A stretch of 64,000 bases of DNA from Camelus dromedarius (lineage: Eukaryota), in the NCBI RefSeq assembly GCF_036321535.1, contig NC_087438.1:2916001-2980000 (forward strand), given 5' to 3'. Below are positions 38,512-50,282 of this stretch, in pieces; the stretch's first letter is position 1; each line of letters starts with the position of its first letter. The notes beneath the pieces are model-generated. The model was given only the letters and a program-made list of their open reading frames with translations, made no database searches and was not told the DNA's origin. Position numbers and translations under genes: made by a program.

Positions 38512-39645
38512 AGTTATAGATCTAGATAAATTTTTATATAAGTTTATGTGGATATATAGAGCTATAGATGTAAATAATATAAATATAAAGGATATAGATG
38601 TAGATGCAGAGTTGGGTATATGTATATGTGTGTGTATATGTCTATGTATGTGCATACACATTAGGTATAGAGATGAATACAGATGTGGATGCTGATGCTA
38701 ATGTCAATGCCAACATAGACATAGAAACAGATATAAAGACAAACATAGATGAGATAGAGATATAAATGTAGATGCTGATGGCAAAGTCAATACAGATACA
38801 GATTAGCTATGAACACATAATAGATGGAAAGATAGATAGATAGATGTAGGTGTGGATTTGCATTTTTTTGTAGATGTGTATGAGCACCTGAAAATGTAAA
38901 TGTCAATACAGATAAAGATATAAGTTAGGTAGAAATGTAGACATCGATGTCAATGTTGACACTGACATTGATATTGTATGGATACATGGATTTGATATAG
39001 ACAAGGACACAAGCATAGATGGAATACAGATGGAGAGAGAGAGAGATATGGAAATTAATATACATCTAGTTGATGGTTACATGGGAATAAACATATTCAT
39101 AGACATAGATTAGATATATAAATAAAAATATAGATGCAGATAGCAATATAGATGGCAATGCTGATGCCAGTATCTATATATTAAAATAGACATAGATGCA
39201 TATACAGAATTAATGTCTATGCCAACGTATATATTTATATCAATGTATAGATAAAGATATGCAGAGACGTAGACATAGATTATATACATGTAGATGCACA
39301 TGATGATATTGATGTTGTTATGGATATAGGCATGTATTAGATACAGAAATCAGTGATGTTGATGCCGATACAGATAGAGACTGAGACTAGGTATAGACTT
39401 AGATACAGATATACACGTAGATATTGGTAATTATACCTATGTAGGTATAGACAGAGGCATTGACTAGAAGCAGAAATGGATAAAAATGTAGATAGAAGTC
39501 AATGTCAATGTTGATGTCAGTATCAACACAGATCAGCACAAACTTAGATTAGGTGTGGAAATAGCTACGGATGAAGTCAATGTAGGAGCTGACGTGGATG
39601 CTGAGATAGGTGACAGACTGATGATATCGATACTGACATACATAG
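38512..39645. repeat. Decayed hexamer array, consensus about (A/G)TAGAT
   Basis: About 1.1 kb of ATAGAT/GTAGAT/ATAGAC/GTCAAT/GCTGAT/ATTGAT variants with visible 6-bp phase. Confidence 0.85.
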
Positions 39646-41656
39646 ACTCTCCCCGCATTGCATTTGTCGGCCTTTGAAAGTCAAAATGAACAAGCTTAGA
39701 AACTCTTGCTTATTTTTATTTATTAATTTCCTTCCTCAAATTACACAAAGGAGTCCAGTCTGTATTACAAACCAAGTTAAACTGCCCTTCATGAGTATTC
39801 AAGAGAAAGATGCAATGAAGCGAGACCTGACCAACACACATGTCAGCATGGCTAAAGCCCAACCTGGAGGAAGCAAAGGACGAGCAGGACCCTTCCCAGA
39901 ACGATGGCATTAGAAAAAGAGAAGTTAGCCATCCAGCACAAGTCCAAGGCCACACTGATTCAGGATGGTTGATTATTGTAATTACATACTTACAAAGAGC
40001 TCACAAATACATGCACACACACGGATGAGTGCCGTGAACCCTTGAAAGAACAGGTTTGGCTTTATCGTCTGAATTTCCCAGAAGGTAGGAGAGCTATCTT
40101 GCACGTGTCTCTGAAAACCTGAAGCATTCAAGAAAGAGGCTTGCCTGCCTGAGTTTTACACATGCGGAAGTGATAGGCTTGCCTTCCCCTCAAAAAATAG
40201 ATACTCACAAATTTCAAAAACTTAAAAATACAGTATTGTCATTGGTAGCAGTACTTCTCCTAAAATGTCTACATCTTTATGGAAACACACTTTTATAGAA
40301 GGAGACAATTAGAAAAGTCAGCAAAAGAAAGATACGATGTGTCGAAGAGGAACTATGGAAACACAATTCCATATTCAGCGTGAGCCCCTTCAACTGTCTC
40401 TGTGGCATTAGTGCCGAGGTCTACAGCTTGCAAATTCTTTAACGTTAAAATACTGCACACGCCTAATTTCCTGTGACTCATGTATTCCTCCTGCGTGTAC
40501 CACGGGCTGTCAGCTGCTGTAACGGGCCAGCCCATCACCAGCTTGTGGAGAAAGATGCCCTTTAAACTTCCTCACAGTGCTTGCATTTGTATTTCAGAAG
40601 TAAATATTAGGGCAAGAGCCAGGCTATGTCCTTTTCTATTTTCTTGCATCCTTCACCTTGCTGTCTTGATTTGTTTTGTTTTTTATTCATTGTGTTTATT
40701 ATTTTTATTATGTCTTTAATCTTCATTACATTGAGATTAACCAGATGATTAAATGCCGGTATATAAACAGTCACTTAAACATTTCCGAGCATTTAGATGT
40801 CGGATATATTGTGAGGATGGCAGGGAAAGTATTTCCTCCTTTTTTAAATATGATGAATCTGAAGTTATGAAACTTTGATTGTCTTGTCTCAGTTGGTATA
40901 GCTGAGAACAGAACATCCAAAGATTCAGATTTTGAGGCCCCCAAAGGCCTTGGAATCTCCAATGGTTTATGGTATTTCATTTCTCTTCTTCCTGCCCACC
41001 CCTCTGCTCTTCTTGTTCTTCTTTTCATGTTAACATTAGAACTGACAAAGAGATTACTATCAACAGTTTAAAGATATTAAAATCCCTCCATGTAAATCAT
41101 TAGCTCATCAATCATTTATTAGTAAACAATGTTTGATGAGTTTACAAAAATGTCCCAACTCTTACAAAAATAAAAAACATTAAAAAAAGATCTTTGCATG
41201 TAAATCCTAAACATGCCCCCAATTACTATTTTGACCAAATACTATGTCCCCAAGGGGCTTAGCTCAGTTCACTTGAGCACAAGTGAAAAATTTGCCCCAC
41301 CTGCCACCATGCTGAAGCCAGTTGACTAGTTAATGGCTAAAACTGAGTGAAATGATTGTTAAACAGGAACCAGTCTGTGCAAACATTTTACTAAGTATGT
41401 CCCAAGCCTATTCCAAAAGACCGTGAATTTACAGAGGCCAAGCAGGCAGGCCACCGAGTTAAGCTCTTTACTTCATTTCTAAAATTAATGCTTCTTTGCT
41501 TTGGACAATGTTTTCATTATGCTGCATAAAAAAAGAAATGTTCTCCAGGGGTGCAGCTTTTCACAGAGTTCAGTTTTCAGTTATGGAAGATGAAACAAAA
41601 AGAGACCTTTGCTTTCTAAACAATATTACCAAAAAAATCACATCAAAAATGCATGG

Positions 41657-41773
41657 GGGGCGTGGGTACAGCTCAGTGGTAGACCACATGCTTAGCATAC
41701 ATGAGGTCTTGGGTTCAATCCCCAGCATCTCCATTAAAAAGAAAAAAGGCAAAAAAATGTTTTTTAATTAAAA
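41657..41773 (+). mobile_element. tRNA-derived SINE, camelid Vic-1-like (short tail)
   Basis: GGGTACAGCTCAGTGGTAGACCACATGCTTAGCATACATGAGGTCTTGGGTTCAATCCCCAGCATCTCCATT plus A-rich tail. Imperfect TSD AAAAATGCATGG (41645-41656) / AACAATTCATGG (41774-41785). Confidence 0.9.
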
Positions 41774-43584
41774 AACAATTCATGGAAGTGCTAAGTATAA
41801 ACGGCTCCTTGCAGTTGAAGAACTCACATGTTCTCCAGAACCCTTTTCCCCAGTCGCCAGTTCCAGTAAGTTCAGTGCAAGCATCTGGCACGTCTTCCGT
41901 GCCTCTTGGAGAAAATGATGTCGGCACAGTCTTACTGCTTCTCTCCTCCTCCTGCTTAATCCGGATGCAACTGGTAGACACTTTAGATCGCTCAACTTTG
42001 GGGCTACAACTAGGCTAGAACGCTATGCTTCAGGTGATTATTTAATTTAAAAAAATAGATTATCATGGAAAAAGTAGAGAAATAAGTATCAGGGAGGGAT
42101 TTTTTGTAAGATTGGATCACTTAGTACAGTAGATACAACAGTTCAGCCCCCCTCTCTCTCCCTCTCTGTCTGTGTGTCTTCCACACACTCTCATATACAT
42201 ACACACACGGTAACCCAGTTAGTTGTCTGATCTGTGATCACTCTTATAATGATTCATCAATACCCACACCTGATTTTTGTACTATTTCCAATTCAATAAA
42301 GAAGATTTTATACTTGAATTTTTTGTCCAGTCCAAATATATAACTATGGATTCACATTTAATATTGTTCTATGTCTTTCTCTTGTAGATATAGCTAAACA
42401 ATAACACCATTGGTTATCTTTTTGGCATGAATTACATTATTTTTAACAGTTTGGTTCCATAAGAGTTTATTTCCTTTTAAAGAAGACTGTTTTTTAATTA
42501 TAATGAGTGATGAATTTAGAGCTCCTGATTAAATATCAAATCATATTAATGAAGTTTGTTCAAAGAACTCGTTAAAACTAGGCAATTTACTGAACAGTTT
42601 TAAGAAAATAGCAGGAGTCTATAGATTATGTTGGGACTATTGCTTTTGCAATGAATGAGCATCAATTTGTATGTAGCAATCATTAAAATAGAATAGTCCA
42701 ATTAAACAGTTTCTTATCAAATCAGAAAGAATGTTTTCCCCAATTACAAACAAGGAGTAGAACTAGCCTGCCATAATTAGTGTATACACTGGAGCAAAAT
42801 GGCCTGGCTCTGGAGGTGTGCATATTAGCAGTCAGAATATCTTCACTCAGCGGAGCTGAAGTTTTTGAAGTTTGTGACAGTGCTGCATGAAATACAACAT
42901 CTCCTTAATTTACACCCTCGCCCTGGTTTCACTGCCCAGGGACAATAGCCAGCTTAACGTTCGGGTGGTCTGGCTCAAGTACTGAAACAGCGACACCCCA
43001 AACCCAGGCTCCTAAATTTTACCTGTTAGCACAATGACTAATAATATGTACAGGTAACAACCATAGGATGATTTTTTTAAATTATGAAATAATACTTGCA
43101 TTCAAGAAAGTGTTTCATAAGAAGAAAATTCCAAAATACTCTGATATATGCACTTAACTAAGGGAATTTTTCTCTCACAATTTTCTGAAAGAATTTTAGA
43201 GTAATCTGAAGCCTTGTTTAAGCACCTACAATACACAGAAAGATCTCTTCATTCTGTATCTTGTTGGTTGACATCACAGACGTAGACTTATCGTTCTAAA
43301 ATGACTGCTGTCCCTCAGACCACATACCTGTTCTACGTGCCCCAGCCTCACCAATCAAAGGGTGTTTCCCCGCCACGATGGCCTCTGATCTTGTTTCCCA
43401 CACTTCGCCTTCCTCATCTCTCACTTGGAGAAAGCCTGATTCTACAACCAACTCAGAAATTAGGAACAAATGCATCTTTGTGCTTACCATCTCTAAAAGT
43501 TATCAGTTATTTTCCATCAGAAAATAATTGAATAATTTCATCTTATTATTTTATATCCCACCAATAAAATAATGAATTTAAAAG

Positions 43585-43762
43585 GTTTTTTAATTTTTTT
43601 TTATTTTTTAAATTTCTTTTGTTCATTTTTATTTATTTTTTATTGATGGGGGGAGGTAGTTAGGTTTACCTACTTATTTTTAGAGGAGGTAATGGGGATT
43701 GAACCCAGGATCTTTTGTATGCTAAGCACGTGCTCTACCACTTGAGCTATACCTTACCCCCC
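43585..43762 (-). mobile_element. tRNA-derived SINE, camelid Vic-1-like
   Basis: Reverse strand reads GGTATAGCTCAAGTGGTAGAGCACGTGCTTAGCATAC..TCCTGGGTTCAATCCCCATTACCTCC..AAACCTAACTACCTCCCCCC plus A-rich tail. Confidence 0.9.
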
Positions 43763-43902
43763 AAAGTATTTTATTTTTATGGAAAACAAACATAAATAAA
43801 GCAAATGCTAAGAGAGTAAATTTGAAATGCCCTGAGTGTTCACTTCCCTGCCCCGTATTTGGAGAGAAGTGCATCATTTCTAATAACAACTTCTCATTTC
43901 CT

Positions 43903-43943
43903 CCACACCCACACCCATACCCACACCCACACCCACACCCACC
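43903..43943. repeat. (CCCACA)n microsatellite
   Basis: Directly visible. Confidence 0.9.
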
Positions 43944-44592
43944 GCGCTCGTCACCTGCTGGTCCTCGGTCTCCCTGGGGCTGACTCTGACTTCGCGTGAG
44001 CTCTGGTTCCCCGTTTGCTCTCTTGATACACTCTGCTACTTTCTGTGAATTTGCTTGTTTGCTGTTTTTCTCACTTTTTTTTTAATTTTCCAAGGACAGA
44101 CTCCTCCTTGATCCCGTTTTTCTCCAATTTGTCCTGCACAGAAGCTAGAAAGGCAAAGCCACTCAATGAATAACAGCTACTTCTGTGAATCATTCGTCTT
44201 TACAGCTTATTACAATAATAAAGGACAGCAGTCCTTAAGAATCTAACATTTCATTTAAAGTGGGGTTACATCAGGATGAAGACCTTAGTTCTTTTCTGCT
44301 CCGTATAATTAATACAATAATGATAATGAATGTTGTAGATCCCCTTCCTGGTTTGTTAACTTTGCCTTATTTTTTGTCCTTGTCCACTGAGTCCATTACT
44401 ACATTTTACAAATTCATGTCACCCAGCCTAAGAGAAAAGGGACAAAAGTTGCAGCTACATCTGGTCAATCTATTTTCACTATTCAAAAACCAACCCAGAG
44501 TGCAGCAAAGTGATTCAATTATACATATACATATGCATAAATACATATTAAAAAATAAAATAAAATGAGTACCTTGAAGGCAACTGTTCAAA

Positions 44593-44649
44593 AACAACAA
44601 CAACAACAACAACAACCTAAAGGATGTGGCTTGATGACTGCTTGTACGT

Positions 44650-44678
<29 letters not shown>
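44593..44678. repeat. (AAC)n at 44593-44616 and perfect (CA)n at 44650-44678
   Basis: Directly visible. Confidence 0.95.
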
Positions 44679-44682
<4 letters not shown>

Positions 44683-46415
44683 TCCTTGACAGTACTATTA
44701 AAATAACCCACCAACCCTAATGATGTTCATTTGCACGCACTGACAGCTGCAGAGTGTACTTCAGCATAGATACTCTGATGGCAGTAAAGATATTGAACAT
44801 GAAAATATTATTTGAATTACTGTGGTTCAGAAATGTTAGCCATTACTGATATGACACAGCTAGATTCCAAAAAAAAATTGCAACACTTTTGCTTGACATT
44901 GTGTGTGCTGAAATGTATTTGCACACTGTTCAAATCAAACCATGAAAGACAAAGGGACATTCTTCCTGCTTGGCGCACAGACCAGCCCAGAAACCATTTC
45001 CCTCTTCCTCCCCTTCCAGGAGAGAGATTTGCATATGTGTGCATCACCTGCAGTTCATCAAATACTAAGAATCTTGAGAATTTCTGGGAGGACTATGCTG
45101 AGGAGAGGATTACCTGGAAGTAAACATGCTATTGAGGTGTGATTTTAAGGAAGCACTGTGTTAACTTCCAAGAAAAAGTTCCGTTGTTTCTGCTCGCACC
45201 AAAAGGGCTCAAGCCACGTCCGTATGACTGTTTTTCTGAACACGGTGTGCTTGTTCTACCAAGGATATACCGATAATTCAAGGTAATCAGCAGAGTACAT
45301 TACAGGAGAAAATCTGAACCAACAAGCTGTACAAACAGAATAGCAATGGGAAGATTTAATGCATTTCTGATGTACATTTAAGGCACTGACACTGGGCCAC
45401 AGATGTACATGTGTTGTGTTTTATATTGCTGAGATATGGCCTGTGAGAACCCATTACAGCATATCATCCTCCCCACTGGAGGGTCCGGGAAGGAAAAATT
45501 CCATCACACATTACTCCTGCGGATGGATTAGAGAAACAAATTGTACGCGGAATTGAAAAGTCACAGGCTTGTTCTGTCTTAATAAATTCCTGCCAAAAGG
45601 CTAACTGTAAGACTAGAAATACTTCCCAATGTTGTTACTGTATTATCACCTTTGACATCTCCAGGGCTGCTCCAAGAATCATCAGATATCTGTTCAGGGC
45701 TCTCACAAGAAATTCTCCTTTTACCTTTTCTTTTTTTTCTTTTTTTTTTTTTTTTCTCCCAACCAGGTTTTGATTGTATGTAGCCATTTTGAGTTGTCTG
45801 TACCCAAAATAAAAACCTTCCTTTGGCTAAAAGAAAAGAATACTTTTAAAGAAGATGATTGTCAATAGGCTGTTCCGACTTAATCTGGATAGTTTCAGAA
45901 TTCAAGGTGCTAATTATTACCATAAATTTCCCGTTAGACTCTTCAGAAGATTTTCAAGGTCTGCTAGGTAGGACAGGTAAGAAACAAAAAAGTAAACGTG
46001 CAAACTCTGATTTCCTTGAGGGAAAATTCTGAGTCCTAATTATCTCTAGTGTTGTAGTAGCTAAAACTTAGTGGAATGCTGTACAAATATCTGTTAAATA
46101 AATGAAAGAATGATGTTGTGATTAAATGCAATTATGATGCTTTAAAATATCCTAATGATATTAACCTAGTAACCATTTTATAAACCAAGATTTATGATAT
46201 CAGTTTTACAAGCTTAGTTCAAGTCTTAAATTGTCTCTTTTTTTCTATCTGTCACTAATATGGCCTCTCTTGAAAGTGTGTATATTAATCTTGTCATCTA
46301 TGCATTGTATATATCAAAACCTAGCTTTAATTCCAAAATAAAGAAAAAAACTGAGAAAAACCTACAGAAATAAATGATTATTCAAGCCAAAGATTTGTAA
46401 CCTGCTATAGGAGTG

Positions 46416-46889
46416 TGTATTAGTTATCTAGGGCTGTGTAACAAATTATCCCAAAATACTGAGGGTCCAAAACAGCAAAGATGTATTATGTTACAATTTA
46501 TGGGTGTCTGGACATTGGGTATAGCTTGAAGTCACATGAAGTGTGAAGTCACATGAGGCCACAATCAAGCTGTCATCCAAGGCTGTGGCATCTCAGGGCT
46601 CTACTGGGCCTGGATAATCCACTGCCCAGCCTCTCCACTGGGTACCTGAGTGGCGCCATGGCACAGCACCTGGCGATAACAGGACAGACTTCCAGAGAGT
46701 CATCAGGATGAAAGCTACTGTCTTTTTGTGTCCTGATCTCAGATGTGAAATCCCATCACTTCTGTTCTGCCTGCTCATAAGAAGTGAATCAATGGGATTA
46801 TCACACATTTAAGGGGAGGGGATTACACAAGAGCATAAATACAAAGAGGAAGGGATCACTGAGATCCATCTTGGTGGATATCTACCATA
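46416..46889 (-). mobile_element. Solo ERVL-MaLR LTR (MLT1F-like)
   Basis: TGTATTAGTTATCTA..GCTGTGTAACAAATTATCCCAAAA...TCCCATCACTTCTG...AAGGGGAGGGGATTACACAAG...GGGATCACTG..CCATCTT..CTACCATA. Confidence 0.85.
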
Positions 46890-47057
46890 AAGAGGGTCAA
46901 CAGCAGATTTTACTTTTAAGAAACAAACTGCGTTATGAAATGATTTGTAATAGTTCATGACAAATTATAGAGTAAAATTAGGAAGATTCTCAAGACCAAG
47001 CATTGGGTGTATTTTAGGAAGAAGGAAAAAAGTGAAAGGTAAAGTAGAGGAAATGAG

Positions 47058-47255
47058 GTTTTGAGCAATTACATATCCAAGTGCTGTGCACAAATCCTAC
47101 TAGATCCTACCTTATTAATCCTCATAGCAACCTTGCGAGGTTGGTTCGGCTACCAGATGAGCTATTGGGACTCAGAAAACAAGCATGCTTGTGTTCACAG
47201 AGCTGGAACTTGAGTCCATACCTTCTTGCTGGAGAACCAGTGCTTTCTGTTCTAC
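47058..47255 (-). mobile_element. MIR SINE
   Basis: TTGAGCAATTAC..GTGCTGTGC..TTAATCCTCATAGCAACCTTGCGAGGT..CAGATGAG..ACTCAGA. Confidence 0.7.
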
Positions 47256-48618
47256 ATAAACATCCCAGTGCTGGCCTTCCTGGACCTGGGGCTGAAGAGT
47301 TAGTTCCTAGACCCCCTTTTTCTGGTTGACATCCTGTGAGCTTAAGCATGGCAAGTGGTCTTTCTAAGCTTCAGTTTCCTGAACTGCCAAGGAATGGATT
47401 TCTAGTCCAGAATGCTTGTTTTCACAATATCCACAACTTTGGATAAAGTCAAGGGCTAGTTTATGGTTTCCCAAGTGCAGATGGTCAAAGATGGGACTGT
47501 GAATATAATGCTTTTGACTCCCAACCAGCACTTTTATAGTTCCTGCTGCATCTGTACACACTCTTTCATGCATTTATTTATCCTCACAACAAGGATGGAT
47601 TCTGAACCTGCTCTTTCTAAGAACTTCTCTTGGCACAAAAGGTGGAAATGGTGATGAAGACACACAAGCCTTGCTGTAACAGATTCCAGTGAGAAGATTG
47701 TGAGCGGAAAGGGCAGAAAGGATAATTGGGGCTTAACAAAAAAGACTTAAATAGAGTAAAGTAGATGACAGTCTTGTACCTGATAATTATGTTATGCCAC
47801 TTATTACAGAAAAAAAACTGACTCTATAATCATAAAGTGTCATCTTTGCTCATAAACATTTTTAGAGGAAATTATCACTTGATGATATATGACTCTACAG
47901 ATGACTGTGACAGAGAAAAAGCCTTACATTTCAAACATTAACCTGTTTATCATACTAACATAACTAAAATCTTTTACAACTAATGGTAAAAGAAACTTTC
48001 AACGTTTGAGGTAAACTAAATAACATATTTAAGTATTTCTGAAATGCGTAAATATTTATTAGTGATGAAAACACCCCTAGGGGAAGAAGGCATGTTCAAC
48101 ATGGTGACTACCATGAAATGTAGTTTAAAGTACCAGAAAGGCAAAAAAAAAAAACACTTTATTTTAGAGCAAAATGTTCAAGGGCAATTTTTATGTTCTC
48201 TGAGATTCAACAGCACAGTTACAGTGACTAAAGGGTGTGTACCCAAATCTCCAGGATTAAACCAGTACAGGTTATGGGGAAAAAAAAAATCTAGCAAGGA
48301 ACATATTAATCCTCTCAAGCCAACCTGTAACAGCATGTTCATTATGCTACTGTCCCAGCAGAAGTCAGCCAGTTCCTATCAAAGCCTCTATGACTTTGCT
48401 TTGAGTGGTTTTTAACTGAAGTGGCAAGAATGAACTCTTTCTTTCCAGTTTAAAACAAAGGTGGACTTTGATTGGAGCTCTCACTACAAAACAGACTGGA
48501 GCGGCTCTCTAAAGGAGAAGGGCGACTCTGATTTGTATGCCTTCTACCTTCACGGCTTGATCTGAGGAGTGATTTAGGCTGAAGCCTGGCATTGGTTTTA
48601 GCAAAACCCCCCATTTCT

Positions 48619-48888
48619 TCTTCTTTTCTTTTCAGCTTTATTGACACATAATTGATGAATAAAGTTGAAAGAAATTGAAAGTGCACAAGGCAATGATTTG
48701 ATATAATCACTTGCAAGGATTCTCTCCACCAAGTGAATTAACACAACCATCACCACACAAACTTCGTTCACATATTTAACTTCCACTCTCTTAGAAAATT
48801 TCAGTTATATAATATCATGTTATCAACTATAGTCATCAGGCTATGCATTAGAACCTCAGAACTTATCCATCTAACAGCTGAAAGTTTG
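48619..48888 (-). mobile_element. 5'-truncated LINE-1 (L1MA-type) 3'UTR
   Basis: CAGCTTTATTGACACATAATTGA...ACTCTCTTAG..AATTTCA...ACTATAGTCA..CATTAGA..CAGAACTTAT..CTGAAAGTTTG. CCATTTCT occurs at both flanks, a possible TSD core. Confidence 0.85.
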
Positions 48889-49874
48889 AAAGTGCTCCAT
48901 TTCTCTAGTGCTTTTAGCAGTCTTATGATCTGACAGCATTGCCAATTCTTCACAAATGACAGGCCAGGAAGTAGGCCCTGTGCATTCCTTTAGAATCAAG
49001 AGATGGTAAGAACTTAACCTTACAGAGAGGATTTTCTCAGTTATGTGAAATCATAATATGTTGCTAAAGATTTTAAATACATGGTGCCTGTGGGAAAAAG
49101 TGAGATTTTCTCCTGATCTTTCTTTCCTTTATACATGTGGAGAATTCCTTAGCTCAAACCTCCACGGAGGTAGACAGACACAGATGTAAAAAATTGCTGA
49201 CGATCACTCTCATTACTGTAGTGTTCATAATAAACACAACCGACATTCAACTCTGTGAAAGAAACAGTGCTACAGATTATCATTCCCGCCTCCTCTTACA
49301 CAAAGACAACATAAAAGTGATTAGGAATTAATTGAAACTACTGTAAGCTGAAGCTAATCTCCCAGGATACAGGAAGTTTACAACAGACCTGAGGCTTTCT
49401 GTCCCCACTCTCTCTCAAATAAATTTCAGAGTTCGCATTCCTGGCAGAGTGAATTTTTTAAAATGGCTTTGATGGGAAAAGAACATTCGCTCAAATCAGA
49501 GAATATAAAATATTACACAACTGAGACAGGTTTATGTTAGTTGAACATCCCAGAATAATAATCATGAGAAGGGAAAAGAAAGACACAAGGGGACTCATCT
49601 GTGATGTCTTCCACTTTTAAAAGCCACGCTGGAAAAGTCATGTTGGGGAGAACACTTACCTTGTTCACTAGGGAAATGAGGAATGCTTTCTTACCTACAT
49701 TGTTCTTGGTAAATGCATGGAGAAACTGAACTCTGTAGGTAATCACGGTAGCCACTAACAGCTCTTGGGTACCCGCTATGCATTTTTGTTGTGGTTTCCA
49801 GGTGTTCATAAACCCCAGGGGTACTACACTACCCACTTTTTAGATAGAGATGTTGGCTAGTGTTAGAAAGTGAT

Positions 49875-50282
49875 TGTATCAGTCAGGATACATTAGGTTG
49901 TGTTTCAGTAACAAACAACCCCAATGTCTCAGTGGCTTATGGAACAGAGATTTACTGCTGACATGCTAGTCCAGGGTGCACCTGGAGTCCACACAAGCAG
50001 GTGTCTTCCAAGTGGTAACTCAGGGACTCGGGTATCAACAAATGGAAACTTCACACGTTGGAGTCATGTGCCTCTAGCCTAGAGGACTGGGGGTGAGGCT
50101 ATGGGGGCTGAGGGGCAGATAAGTCACACATCCTCTTGACTGCATTGACCTGGAAGTAACCCATCACTTCCACTCAAGGTCTATGGATAAGAATGCCTGA
50201 TTTGACCTCATTTCAGTGCTCAGAGGCTCAGAAGCAGGAAAAGCCGTGTGGGCAGCTGATGGGACTGTTGGTCTCTGCCACA
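49875..50282 (-). mobile_element. Solo ERVL-MaLR LTR (MLT1I/J-like)
   Basis: TGTATCAGTCAGGAT..TAGGTT..CAGTAACAAACAACCCCAA..TCTCAGTGGCTTA...CCTGGAAGT..CATCACTTCCACTCA...TCTCTGCCACA. Confidence 0.85.

Noticed and set aside
41657..41735. Apparent tRNA genes (also ~930-1005 and ~43685-43762)
   Set aside because: A and B boxes are present, but each runs into the same SINE body and A-rich tail. These are SINE heads, not tRNAs.
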